DNA of 64,000 bases from Dehalococcoidia bacterium (lineage in GTDB: Bacteria > Chloroflexota > Dehalococcoidia > Plut-88900), in assembly GCA_965207225.1 (NCBI GenBank), contig CBDBLV010000005.1, forward strand, positions 32,001 through 96,000. The letters are read 5' to 3'. The number at the start of each line of letters is the position of its first letter. The first letter of the stretch is position 1. This document shows positions 11,255-23,734 of this stretch, in pieces. Made by a program: the position numbers and the translations under genes. Under the pieces are notes generated by a model. That model saw only the letters and a program-made list of their open reading frames with translations. It was not told where the DNA came from and searched no databases.

Positions 11255-12466
11255 ATGCCCGGCGTCCTCGAAGGCTTAAGGGTCCTGGACATCGCGTCCA
11301 TGTGGGCGGCGCCCCTCATCGGGGCATACCTGGCAGACCAGGGAGCAGGGGTGATAAAGGTCGAGCCCCCATGGGGAGACCAGGCCCGACGCACCTTCAG
11401 CAGCCCTCCCCTTCCCAATGGGCTGAGCAGGTCTTGGCTGGTCGCTGCTCGAGGGAAGAAGGGGATAGCCGTCGACATCTCCAAGTCCGAGGGGAAGGAC
11501 ATAGTCTACGCCCTCGTCGAACGCTCCGACGTTCTGATAACAAACTTCCGCTCTCCCGTCGCCCGACGCCTGGGTTACGACTACGAGAGCCTGCGAGCAA
11601 TCAACAAGGGGCTGGTCTACGCAAGGGTTGGAGCGTATGGGGAGAAGGGCCCCTATGCAGAAAAGCGGGGCTACGACCGCATATTCCAGGCCCTTTCAGG
11701 GATGATGAGGAAGTCGGGCCCGGAAGGAGTACCGCGTAACGCGGGCATTTGGGCGGCGGATATGTCAGCGCCGTGGGCCATGTGCTACGGGATTGCACTG
11801 GCGCTGATGGACAGAGAGAAGTCGGGAGAAGGGCAGGAGGTGAGCACCTCACTTCTTCAGATGTCGATGGCGATGCAGGCGGTGGACCTGGTGAAGGCGG
11901 ACTCGGAAATGGGACCGGGTGGGGAGTCGGGGGAGGAGTACGCCAACCAACCGCTTTACCTGCCGTACCAGTGCTCCGACGGCGAATGGGTCAACATCGT
12001 CGTTATCACCGACAAGGAGTTCCAGGGTCTCTGTGAAGCCCTGGAGATAATGGATCTGTTGGAAGATGCCCGGTTCTCGACACCCCTCGGCCGGATCCAA
12101 AACGGTGAAGTGCTCTTCCAGGTGCTGGCAGGTGTATTCTCGACGCGGCCGCTGCCAGAGTGGCTAAGGATACTGGAGGACCATGATGTCCCATGCGCTC
12201 CGGTGTTGGGCACCGACGATGTGTTCGAAAGTCCGCAAATCGAGGCTAACGGATTCATTGCGGAGGTCGACTACCCCGGAGTCGGGAAAACGCGGATGAT
12301 AAACGCTCCCGTCAGGTTAAGCGGGAGAACGGGACAGGTCGGGGCCCGAGCCCCAGGGCTGGGGGAACACACTGAGCAGGTCTTGAGAGAGCTGGGGTAT
12401 TCGGAGGAACGGATAGGGAAATTGGAGAGGGATGGCGTGGTGGTACGGGGGGAAGCGTCCGGTTAG
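11255..12466 (+). CDS. CoA-transferase family III (CaiB/BaiF)
   Basis: LEGLRVLDI, GAGVIKVEPP, DVLITNFR, APGLGEHT. Confidence 0.92.
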   Translation: MPGVLEGLRVLDIASMWAAPLIGAYLADQGAGVIKVEPPWGDQARRTFSSPPLPNGLSRSWLVAARGKKGIAVDISKSEGKDIVYALVERSDVLITNFRSPVARRLGYDYESLRAINKGLVYARVGAYGEKGPYAEKRGYDRIFQALSGMMRKSGPEGVPRNAGIWAADMSAPWAMCYGIALALMDREKSGEGQEVSTSLLQMSMAMQAVDLVKADSEMGPGGESGEEYANQPLYLPYQCSDGEWVNIVVITDKEFQGLCEALEIMDLLEDARFSTPLGRIQNGEVLFQVLAGVFSTRPLPEWLRILEDHDVPCAPVLGTDDVFESPQIEANGFIAEVDYPGVGKTRMINAPVRLSGRTGQVGARAPGLGEHTEQVLRELGYSEERIGKLERDGVVVRGEASG

Positions 12467-12476
12467 AATTTCACAT

Positions 12477-12665
12477 ATGAGACTGACTTACACTGCTTCC
12501 GAAGCCCGGACGCGGTTCTCGGAGGTCATGCGGAGAGTGCGAGACGGAGACACTATTGTTGTGACTTATCGCGGAGAACCCGTAGCCGAGATTCGACCGC
12601 TGGAGAAGCGTGCACAGACGCTAGAGAAACGGCCTAGAGAACTGGAGCGGCGGGGCGTGCTGTAG
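12477..12665 (+). pseudogene. Phd/YefM-type antitoxin, probably truncated, no cognate toxin
   Basis: MRLTYTASEARTRFSEVMRRVRDGDTIVVTYRGEPVAEIRP; after TAG (12663-12665) the frame continues PARSQRKPF...PGALQWF like the usual C-terminal tail. Confidence 0.65.
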
Positions 12666-12788
12666 CCGGCGAGGAGCCAAAGGAAACCCTTCACATTTAG
12701 GGAGTTCGTACCTGGTGCTTTACAGTGGTTTCCGGGAATTATTTCCAACTGCAGGTACCCGAGATTCGTGGCGTTTCCGGGTCAAGAG

Positions 12789-13175
12789 TCAGGGAATCTC
12801 TATCCTGCTAAGGCGGCCGGTCCTCCCAATTCGGAAGATATAAGGCCTTGGAGTCTGTGCCATCACCCCGAGGATGCGTTCGTATGCCCGAAGGAAGCAG
12901 AGGGTCTTTTCCCATCTCTTGGCCTCGCTGCCCCACAAATAGAAGCATCCCATCTGGTATTGCTTTATAGCGGAAAGTTCAGACTGTTCCAAGTGATGTC
13001 GGCTATCGTGACCGATTAGCGTCCACCCCCTACCGCCGATTTCCGACATCCACTCGTCGTCTGGAGAATCTATAGTGAAGTGCGTTTGGTGGTACTCGAT
13101 AGGGATCGGCAGTCTTAGAAGGCCCAGTGCCCTTGGTAGGGATGTGCCGACATCCCTGTCGAAGAAGAAAACCAC
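12789..13175 (-). CDS. VapC45-like PIN-domain toxin
   Basis: FFFDRDVG...DDEWM...GWTLIGHD pattern; directly downstream of a DUF433 gene. Confidence 0.75.
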   Translation of the reverse strand: MVFFFDRDVGTSLPRALGLLRLPIPIEYHQTHFTIDSPDDEWMSEIGGRGWTLIGHDSRHHLEQSELSAIKQYQMGCFYLWGSEAKRWEKTLCFLRAYERILGVMAQTPRPYIFRIGRTGRLSRIEIP

Positions 13176-13177
13176 GA

Positions 13178-13864
13178 TTACGCCGGCACACCTTCGAATT
13201 GGAGCCCGCTGATAGCATCGTCAGATGAGATGCCGAAATCATCGACGATGTCGTCCAGGCTTTCGCCGGCGTTCCACCTACCCTTCAGCACCCAGGTAGG
13301 TATGCCGCTCACTGTGGGAGCGCCGAAGGAGAGTCGCGGATCGATCTTCACAGGTGAGTCCCTGCCGGCCAAGTGCCAGACGAGGGCCAGGTCATGCTCG
13401 TAATCAAACTCGGCTAGCCGGGCTGCCATCATTTTTTCCCACCCCAGTTGACCACCCACATCTGCCACGATTACTTCGTTTAGTATGGGTGCGTCTTCAT
13501 ACTCAGTCCACTGTAGCATCAACCTCATACCATCCGTTTTGAATCTATAGGCGGCGAAGGGGTATTCAGAGGAGAAAGTTGTCTGCATATATTGCCTTGT
13601 GCGGGCAATCGATTCCAGAGATACCCCTAGCTGACGAAACACAGCAACCACTGCGACTTCCACTAATTCCAGGTAGGAGAGGTGCTCTCGTGCAATGCGG
13701 CCGGATAAAGCTGCCGTACCGATAGGCAGTCGACGATGCGTCCAGTTTGTGACAGTTTGAGGAGTAACTCGGGAAAAACGCGCAGCATCAGCCACAGTGT
13801 AGGCGGGGAGGTACAGCCTCCTACGCCAAGGCTCTATTCCTCTTTCGGCTGTCATAATGGGCAT
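13178..13864 (-). CDS. DUF433-domain antitoxin (VapB45/Rv2018-like)
   Basis: N-terminal HTH (YTVADAAR...TVTNW) and C-terminal IDPRLSFGAPTVSGIPT...AGESLDDIVDDFG. Confidence 0.8.
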   Translation of the reverse strand: MPIMTAERGIEPWRRRLYLPAYTVADAARFSRVTPQTVTNWTHRRLPIGTAALSGRIAREHLSYLELVEVAVVAVFRQLGVSLESIARTRQYMQTTFSSEYPFAAYRFKTDGMRLMLQWTEYEDAPILNEVIVADVGGQLGWEKMMAARLAEFDYEHDLALVWHLAGRDSPVKIDPRLSFGAPTVSGIPTWVLKGRWNAGESLDDIVDDFGISSDDAISGLQFEGVPA

Positions 13865-13935
13865 TGTGGGTATCTTTCGTCTCGAGGACACTGTGGGATG
13901 TGCAGGTTCAATTGTAACAAACGTCGATATCCGGG

Positions 13936-14589
13936 CTACGCGCCCTTCACCGCCCGAGCTATGTACGCACACCCGAGCATGTAGTCCTGGCGCTCCAGGC
14001 TAGGCACGACCCTTTCCAGCTCGTCGTAGGGCTGGCCCTTGGCGAAGATCCTGTTCATAGATCCCCTGACCCCCACCCATCGCCACGTCCTGAACCGCAC
14101 CTGGAAATAGAGGTTGAACAGCGGGCCGAGGAGGCCCTGGGCGTGCTTAACTCCCCCGTTGACCAGCCGACCCCCGGGCGCCATTGCGTCGATCACCCGG
14201 GTCACGGCGGGCGGCGAGATTAGGACTTCGGGCACAAAGTAAGCCAATACTGCGTCCAGGGGGCCGGGGATATCCACCTCCCGGGCGTCGCCCTGTATCA
14301 GGGTCACATTTTCCCAGCCGTTCCGTTCGACCTTCTCCCGGGCGATGTCCAGCATGTCCGGGCTGAGTTCCACGCCGATGATCCTACCCTCGGGCCCGAC
14401 ACCCTGCTGGAGCATATCGAAGCTGAGCCCTGTACCGCATCCCAGGTCCAGGACCGTTTCTCCGGGTTTCAGGTCCAGGCGTCGGATGGCGTAGGGCCGG
14501 ATGCGGTCAGAGAAACGTTTGCCCTTGTCGTAGTCGGCGGCGTGGAGCCGGTAGCGGTCCCTCTGGACCTGGGGATCGTAGGTGTTCAT
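13936..14589 (-). CDS. Class I SAM-dependent methyltransferase
   Basis: VLDLGCGTG, GVELSPDML. Confidence 0.88.
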   Translation of the reverse strand: MNTYDPQVQRDRYRLHAADYDKGKRFSDRIRPYAIRRLDLKPGETVLDLGCGTGLSFDMLQQGVGPEGRIIGVELSPDMLDIAREKVERNGWENVTLIQGDAREVDIPGPLDAVLAYFVPEVLISPPAVTRVIDAMAPGGRLVNGGVKHAQGLLGPLFNLYFQVRFRTWRWVGVRGSMNRIFAKGQPYDELERVVPSLERQDYMLGCAYIARAVKGA

Positions 14590-14596
14590 GGGGAAG

Positions 14597-15250
14597 CTAT
14601 TTGTCCCTGGTTGCCCGGGCCACGTAGACGCAGCCGTAAAAGTAGTTCCATAGCTCCAGGTTGGGGGAGGCAGCTTTCAGGGTGTCATAGGGCTGGCCCC
14701 TGCCGATCATCCTTTTGACGACCCGCTTCATTCCCACCCATCGCCAGGTCCTCCACCTCGCCTGGAAATAGATATTGAAGAGGGGGCCAAGGGGCCCGCG
14801 CGCATGCTTTACGCCGGATGCCACGAGTCTGCCGCCGGGGCCAAGCGAGTCGAGGGCGCGGCGAATGGCCGGAGGCAAATAGAGAATCTCCGGCACGAAA
14901 AAGGCCAGTACAGCATCGACGGGGCCGGGGATTTCTACGGCGCTGGCATCACCTTCGATGAGGGTAACGTTGGTCCAGCCGTTGAGCTCGACCCTTTGGC
15001 GGGCCAGCTCCATCATCTCGGGGCTCAGCTCCAGGCCGATAATCCGCCCCTCGGGCCCGACATCCCGATGAAGCCGTTCGAAGCTTATGCCCGTACCGCA
15101 ACCGAGATCGAGAACTGTTTCTCCCGGTTTTAGATCGAGGTGTTGGAACGAAGCGTCCCGGACGCCGTCCAGCCAACTCATGGCGCTATCGTAGGTGGCG
15201 GCGAAGTCACGGTAGCGGTCTCTGGCGCCTCGGGAGTCGGGGGTGGTCAT
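14597..15250 (-). CDS. Class I SAM-dependent methyltransferase (tandem paralog)
   Basis: VLDLGCGTG; same length (217 aa) and colinear with 13936..14589. Confidence 0.88.
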   Translation of the reverse strand: MTTPDSRGARDRYRDFAATYDSAMSWLDGVRDASFQHLDLKPGETVLDLGCGTGISFERLHRDVGPEGRIIGLELSPEMMELARQRVELNGWTNVTLIEGDASAVEIPGPVDAVLAFFVPEILYLPPAIRRALDSLGPGGRLVASGVKHARGPLGPLFNIYFQARWRTWRWVGMKRVVKRMIGRGQPYDTLKAASPNLELWNYFYGCVYVARATRDK

Positions 15251-15275
15251 GGATTGCGCCCAGTTAGGGGATGGG

Positions 15276-15402
15276 GATTGATTGAGCTCGATTGAAGGTT
15301 GATTGAACGTGATTGTAGTTGATTGATCATCGATTGAACTTGATTGAAGGTTGATTGAACGTTGATTGAATGCGTAGCTAGTTTGATTGAATGACGCCTA
15401 AA
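15276..15402. repeat. Phased GATTGA tandem array, 10/11-bp units
   Basis: About 10 GATTG(A) cores spaced 10-11 bp; last 52 bp recur at 41667-41718 with 4 mismatches. Confidence 0.8.
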
Positions 15403-15512
15403 TGTTGGAGAAAAGTTTTTCACTGTGTTTGGGAGAGGATTGTGAGGGTATGGATATTGGGTGGGCATGGAAGATTTAGCGGAATGCAGGTGGTGAGTAG
15501 GGACTCGGCTGA

Positions 15513-15542
15513 ATTATAGCACAGACGTTTTGTCAGAATCAA
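15513..15542 (-). promoter_or_regulatory. Putative sigma70 promoter for the methyltransferase pair
   Basis: Minus strand TGTGCTATAAT (extended -10) with TTGATT 18 bp upstream. Confidence 0.4.
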
Positions 15543-15566
15543 GGGGATGGACATGGGGGATTATAC

Positions 15567-15781
15567 GCCTGCCAGCCCTACGAATATCGACAGTCAAAGG
15601 TGTTTGTGCTAGATTGCCCATTGCGAAAGACACCTGGCGTCACTTTGTGTGCCGACGCTGGGATAAAGGCATGGGTTTCTCCATGCCCCCTTGTGACCTT
15701 AGCGTTGGCACAGGTGTCTTTCGCAGGAACCCTGCCCGTTGCAAGGGGGCACCTTGTTGGGACTCTGCGTTTCTGGCAGGC
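15567..15781 (+). ncRNA. Candidate structured ncRNA, 6S-like rod
   Basis: GCCTGCCAG/CTGGCAGGC closing stem, 15-bp perfect stem 15622-15636/15711-15725, further nested stems; mismatches are G-U pairs on the + strand. Confidence 0.5.
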
Positions 15782-15832
15782 CACTCCCTTTAACGGGACG
15801 AACAACTACCTATAACGTAAAGGCGAACTGCC

Positions 15833-16744
15833 ATGCACCGTTTCAGAATCTTCCGGTATCTTCTTGTCAGGCTATTAGTCGGAGCCGCGTTAATCCTAGC
15901 CATTCTGATGGTGGCTGTTGGGTGCTCGTCTGAAGCACCCGGGGCAATGATACCCGTTGAACGTGCCGATTCTCCTACTCCTCAACCGGATGCTACTGCA
16001 GGGTCGACAAGAGACTCTACGGAAGCGCCGTCACTCACCGATACGCCACGCCCAACCCCGACACCGCGCCCTACGCCTACACCTGAGAGCCGAGTAGCAA
16101 CAAGTGGGATATGTTCTCCAGTTGATTACTCTGAGATTTGGGTGGTCCTGACACCATATGTAAAGGGTGTTGCATGTATAGAGACGGATGAAAGGCATGG
16201 TTCCGGTTTTGTAATTGAGAACACTGATTCGGGAGAGGGTATCCTGTTAACTAATGCTCACGTGTTAGGATTTGATCCTGAATACATCACGGTTCATTTA
16301 GACAATGTTGTTTACAGTGCTGAAATAGTGAAAATTAGTGAAGAGCAAGACTTGGCGATGTTGCGAATCTGCTGTGGCAGTTTTAATGCATTGGATATGG
16401 CAGAGAGGTATGTGGAATTATATGAAGCTATAGTCGTTTTAGGATTTCCCGATGGGGAGTTTTATTACAGCTACGGATTCGTAAATGATTCGATAGATGG
16501 ACATTACACAACCTCTGCTGCTGCATATCCAGGCAGTAGTGGCAGCCCAATGTTAATGACCACGTTGACAGGTATAGAAATTGGAGAAAAGGGAATACTG
16601 CAAAACCAATTCTCCAAGCGTTTTGAAAATGGCGGTAAGCTGATAGTGGCAGGAATTATAACGGCTAAAGAGAGGCATTCTTATGGAGCCGCGTATGCTA
16701 TCTCTCATCACGACGTAAGTGAGTTTGTCGCTGGTGACTGGTAA
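15833..16744 (+). CDS. Trypsin-like (S1) serine protease, putative lipoprotein with Pro/Thr linker
   Basis: AVGC lipobox-like, GSGF, LTNAHV, DLAML, PGSSGSP. Confidence 0.85.
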   Translation: MHRFRIFRYLLVRLLVGAALILAILMVAVGCSSEAPGAMIPVERADSPTPQPDATAGSTRDSTEAPSLTDTPRPTPTPRPTPTPESRVATSGICSPVDYSEIWVVLTPYVKGVACIETDERHGSGFVIENTDSGEGILLTNAHVLGFDPEYITVHLDNVVYSAEIVKISEEQDLAMLRICCGSFNALDMAERYVELYEAIVVLGFPDGEFYYSYGFVNDSIDGHYTTSAAAYPGSSGSPMLMTTLTGIEIGEKGILQNQFSKRFENGGKLIVAGIITAKERHSYGAAYAISHHDVSEFVAGDW

Positions 16745-16768
16745 AAGATGGATCGTTAGCTTGATAAC

Positions 16769-17242
16769 TTGTTGTATATAATTTCCAAGTCAATGGAATC
16801 CATGCTGCAACCATACAACTACTACCTAAACCGGAATCCGCAGAAGGACGGCTTTCGAATAGTACACCGGGACGACTGCGAATGGATGTACCTTGTTAAG
16901 GACCCCGTTGCGCTCGGATTGTTCGTCTCACCTGACAACGCAGTTAAGAAGGCCCGGAGGCACTATGATCAGGCACGGATGTGTCTCTACTGCTCTCCGT
17001 CGGGAGACGGGTCTCGTATAGACGCCAAGCGAGTGTGGGAGGTGCTAAAACTTATAGACATGGGATCGGGGTACAGCAACTCAGTCACAAATTGTGAGCG
17101 TAAGTGGTGTGCAGAGAGGGGGCTTGTGAAGGGGAGTGAGGGAGAGAATGGGCCTATACTCACATTGACGGATTGTGGGATGTGGATGCTCTGTCACTGG
17201 AGCCGCATCTATGGCGACAAGCAGGATGAGGTGAGGGAATAG
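16769..17242 (+). CDS. Hypothetical protein
   Basis: 157-aa ORF in a lower-GC segment; VH...C and CLYC may bind metal; start uncertain. Confidence 0.5.
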   Translation: MLYIISKSMESMLQPYNYYLNRNPQKDGFRIVHRDDCEWMYLVKDPVALGLFVSPDNAVKKARRHYDQARMCLYCSPSGDGSRIDAKRVWEVLKLIDMGSGYSNSVTNCERKWCAERGLVKGSEGENGPILTLTDCGMWMLCHWSRIYGDKQDEVRE

Positions 17243-17310
17243 GCGACTTCTCACGTTATGGCAGTTAAGGAAGGCCCAGAATTTCAAAACCACACTTTCA
17301 GAGAGAACCG

Positions 17311-17463
17311 ATGAGGGAGATTAGCGAGGAGACATCCTTCACCCTGGAGTCGACCTATGGCTCGGTAAGGCCTTCCACGAGGCCAGAAGACTTTGAGGAG
17401 TTAATCCGAATCGCCAAAGATGAAAAGGTCGAACGTTCGCCCCGAAAGTTAATGGAAGAATGA
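17311..17463 (+). pseudogene. Possible C-terminal remnant of an AbrB/MazE-type antitoxin
   Basis: Manual translation MREISEETSFTLESTYGSVRPSTRPEDFEELIRIAKDEK...; resemblance is from memory only. Confidence 0.3.
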
Positions 17464-17498
17464 GATTCCCTGATACGAAGGCCATTCTTAGTTAAACG

Positions 17499-17530
17499 AA
17501 AGGCCCCCGAGAAAACTCGGGGGCCTTTTT
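17499..17530. terminator. Intrinsic terminator, likely bidirectional, ending the 23S-tRNA transcript
   Basis: AAAGGCCCCCGAG-AAAA-CTCGGGGGCCTTTTT perfect hairpin. Confidence 0.85.
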
Positions 17531-17536
17531 CTGTCT

Positions 17537-17611
17537 TGGTAGCGGGGGTTGGATTCGAACCAACGACCTTCGGGTTATGAGCCCGACGAGCTGCCACTGC
17601 TCCACCCCGCG
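17537..17611 (-). tRNA. tRNA-fMet (initiator, CAT)
   Basis: CGCGGGGTGGAGCAGTGGCAGCTCGTCGGGCTCATAACCCGAAGGTCGTTGGTTCGAATCCAACCCCCGCTACCA: C1-A72 mismatch, three G-C pairs in the anticodon stem, encoded CCA. Confidence 0.97.
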
Positions 17612-17618
17612 TCGGGTG

Positions 17619-20833
<3,215 letters not shown>

Positions 20834-20983
20834 GTTGTTAATGTGCTCCTTAGACAAACAAGCGGCCCGATGTTCCTCAAGCCGCTTTTGAGTACTCATC
20901 AGGTTGTTGTGGGTTGTCAGTACGTCAATTTGGTGTGTGGCCGACTTTCTCGGCGGTACCTGTCTGTCTGAGGTGTAACGGGA

Positions 20984-21012
20984 AGTATATGATGCCCCTG
21001 GAAGGGTGTCAA
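20984..21012 (-). promoter_or_regulatory. sigma70 promoter of the 23S unit
   Basis: Minus strand TTGACA (21012-21007) N17 TATACT (20989-20984); boxA-like AGCACATTAACA at ~20836-20847. Confidence 0.8.
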
Positions 21013-21255
21013 GGCTTTCCCTTCCGGGTCCCCTGTACCGTGCATCGTCACCTCAGTCCAATTTTACTTCCCAAACTCGCACTAAATGCTATTGTAAACA
21101 CGGCTTTCCGGGACTATTGTTTCATGCGCTTAAATTCGGGGATTGGGCACATGGCGGAATAACCTGATTTCCGGGCGCCGAAAGGACGAGATGAACGGAA
21201 TAAGGGCCAGGGGTGGGGTGGTGGGGACCCGCGGGCCGCTGAGAGGCTGACAGAG

Positions 21256-22650
21256 ATGCCTGTCGGAGAGCTGGCAATGCTGCTAGCGGCGTTCATCTTC
21301 GCCGTGACGGCGGTCATCGATAAGCTGATGACTCGCCGGTTCAAGCCCCTGCCAATGTCGGCGCTGGCTGTCACGGGGGGTTCCCTGTTTGCGCTGTTGC
21401 TCATGTTCGTCACCGGGGAGGCATCAAAACTGCCCGACACCCCGGTGGCGTACCTGGCCCTGAGCGCTGCCGGTGCTTTCCTGGCCCTGTGCATCGGGAT
21501 GCCCTTCTACTTCCGGTTCCTGGCATCTGTGGACGTGAGCAAGGCCTCCCCGATCATGAGCGGATTGCAGGCGCTTCTGGCCGTGCTGATCGGTCTCTTG
21601 CTGCTGCAGGAAGACTCCTCCCCATTGAGGCTGGCGGGGATTGGGACAATCGTGGTGGGGATGTACGTGCTGACCTTCTCGCAGAGGAGGCAGGTGGAGG
21701 CATCCCAGGCGAAGTGGCTCGGGGTGAAGGGGGTCCTGTTTCTCGTGTTCATCGTGGCCACCTGGACCGGAGGCACGACCCTCCAGAAGCTGGCCGTCGA
21801 CGAAGCAGGGCCGATTCTGGTAAATGCAGTCAGGTTGGCCCCGGTGGTGCTGTTCCTTTCGATGATGGCGACAGCGAACATGGACTTCCTCCTGGGCAGC
21901 GACACCCGGGCCCGCAGCCGGTCCCCCAGGAGCCTGGCAGGTCGCAGGTCCAGGACGGAACAGCAGCTATCCAGCGCCATGAACCAGCTGTTTCGGATGC
22001 CGCGCCTGCTCCATGTGCCGTATTGGGCTAAGGCTCGGGCACCGATGCAGCCTGCGATGCGACACATACCGGCGCGAATCCGGCCGCCCGTATACTGGGA
22101 CCGGCTGGATAGCCTGGGAGAGAGCATTCGGGCCCTCGGTGGAGACTTCGTGCAGGTGGAGAGGGGTCGGGCCAGGGGCGGCCTTCGGTTTCGGATAGAT
22201 TTGCCCGGGGCCTACGCCCCGGAAGCCACCCTTACGGCCATGCCGGAGGTGGCGTCGGCGCGGTGGACGGGGCAGTGGGCGGGCAACCAGAGAGTCGAGA
22301 TAGCGCTTCATCCGCCGGATGGAGGTATTCGCGTGGGCCTGGGCCCGACCCTCGGGGGGGCGGGACCCATGATTGGATCGGGTAGAGTCAGGGTTATCAA
22401 GTTCGGAAGCAGGAGCGTATTGCCAATCCTGTTTCCCGTGCTGAGCGGTTCCCTGTCAATGGGTGTGGCGAGCCTTCTGATGCTCGTGGCCCTGGATAGA
22501 GTGGGGCTCGCCGTAACCCAGGTGCTCATGAGCACTCAGCTGGTCTGGATAGCGCTGATGTCGGCATTCGTATTGAGAGAGAGGCTGAGCTGGAAGACGC
22601 TGGCAGGGATAGGCGCGACGGTTCTGGGAGTAGTACTGGTGGTCCTTTGA
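21256..22650 (+). CDS. EamA/DMT family transporter with large soluble insertion
   Basis: Two EamA-like repeats (LLQED, LRERLS) interrupted by about 170 hydrophilic residues. Confidence 0.8.
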   Translation: MPVGELAMLLAAFIFAVTAVIDKLMTRRFKPLPMSALAVTGGSLFALLLMFVTGEASKLPDTPVAYLALSAAGAFLALCIGMPFYFRFLASVDVSKASPIMSGLQALLAVLIGLLLLQEDSSPLRLAGIGTIVVGMYVLTFSQRRQVEASQAKWLGVKGVLFLVFIVATWTGGTTLQKLAVDEAGPILVNAVRLAPVVLFLSMMATANMDFLLGSDTRARSRSPRSLAGRRSRTEQQLSSAMNQLFRMPRLLHVPYWAKARAPMQPAMRHIPARIRPPVYWDRLDSLGESIRALGGDFVQVERGRARGGLRFRIDLPGAYAPEATLTAMPEVASARWTGQWAGNQRVEIALHPPDGGIRVGLGPTLGGAGPMIGSGRVRVIKFGSRSVLPILFPVLSGSLSMGVASLLMLVALDRVGLAVTQVLMSTQLVWIALMSAFVLRERLSWKTLAGIGATVLGVVLVVL

Positions 22651-22672
22651 ACAGGAGGATAGGGATTGCGGT

Positions 22673-23698
22673 TTGGGCATAGGTGAGCTGATGGCCCTGC
22701 TGGCTGCGGCGACAGTCGCCTGCAGCAGCGTCCTGAACAAGTACCTGACCCGAAGGATGGACGTGGTTCCTTTGAACGCCACGCGCACTACCGGCGCGGC
22801 TACCTTCCTCCTCATTCTCTACTTCGCTACCGGCTCCGCGAATGATCTTGCTTCCGTCGACTATGGAAGCCTTGCCGTGATAGTCGCGGGGGGACTGATA
22901 ACGACGCTTGTCGGGGACACGATCTTTCTCCGGTTTCTCCGCACCGTGGACGTTGCTAAGACAAGCACCATGGCCCAGGCTCTCATCACGCTGCTCATGG
23001 TCGGGGCAGGGGCTTTGCTGCTGAATGAGGAAGTTACCTGGCTTACGCTGCTGGGAACCGCACTGGTCATCGGCGGGATTTACTTGCTGGGCAGAACGGG
23101 AGCTTCGTCTGCAGAGCCGGGGAAAGGTCTCCTGAGTCCTGCGAAGTTTCTGACCCTCTTGTTCATCGTGTCGATTTGGGTCACGGGGGTTGGAATGATG
23201 CGGGAAGGACTGAGGGAGGTGGACCCATTCACTGGAAACGCGGCGAGGATGGTCGTGATATCGGCATTTCTGATTACTGCACTGGGGATGCAGCAGGGGC
23301 AGAAGCTCACGGCCGAGATGTCGGGGCACCGACGCGAGCGTCGGATAGCTCAGCCGAACGTTGCCTACCAACCCTCTCCCGAGACCCAGTACCCTCGACC
23401 CGCAATTACCATGCGTCCGGGCGCGGAGACTCGTGCGTTGCACCCGCGGGGACCGCAGCTCCACAAGGTAAACGTGGGCCTGGGGGTGCTGTCGGGCAGC
23501 CTGAGCCTGGGACTCGGGACTACTTTCATGTTCGTGGCCCTGAAGGAGACCGGGGCCGCTACTACCATGGTGCTGTTCAACGCTCAGTTCCTGATACTCG
23601 CGCCTCTGTCGATGATCGTGCTGCGGGAGAGGCTGAACATTAGAGCAGGCGCAGGGATACTGGTCACCATGGGTGGTATCATAATCGTTGTGATTTAA
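22673..23698 (+). CDS. EamA/DMT family transporter
   Basis: Paralog of the upstream gene (LLNEE, LRERLN) with a shorter insertion at the same place. Confidence 0.82.
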   Translation: MGIGELMALLAAATVACSSVLNKYLTRRMDVVPLNATRTTGAATFLLILYFATGSANDLASVDYGSLAVIVAGGLITTLVGDTIFLRFLRTVDVAKTSTMAQALITLLMVGAGALLLNEEVTWLTLLGTALVIGGIYLLGRTGASSAEPGKGLLSPAKFLTLLFIVSIWVTGVGMMREGLREVDPFTGNAARMVVISAFLITALGMQQGQKLTAEMSGHRRERRIAQPNVAYQPSPETQYPRPAITMRPGAETRALHPRGPQLHKVNVGLGVLSGSLSLGLGTTFMFVALKETGAATTMVLFNAQFLILAPLSMIVLRERLNIRAGAGILVTMGGIIIVVI

Positions 23699-23734
23699 GG
23701 GGGTTTCACCCTCATCCCGACTCCCTTTCCAGCT

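Noticed and set aside
12663-12665. Pyrrolysine read-through of the TAG in the Phd gene
   Set aside because: No catalytic rationale or pyl genes in view; a nonsense mutation is simpler.
15276-15402. CRISPR array
   Set aside because: Units are 10-11 bp with no spacer-length unique sequence, and no cas genes are present. No CRISPR array was seen anywhere in the window.
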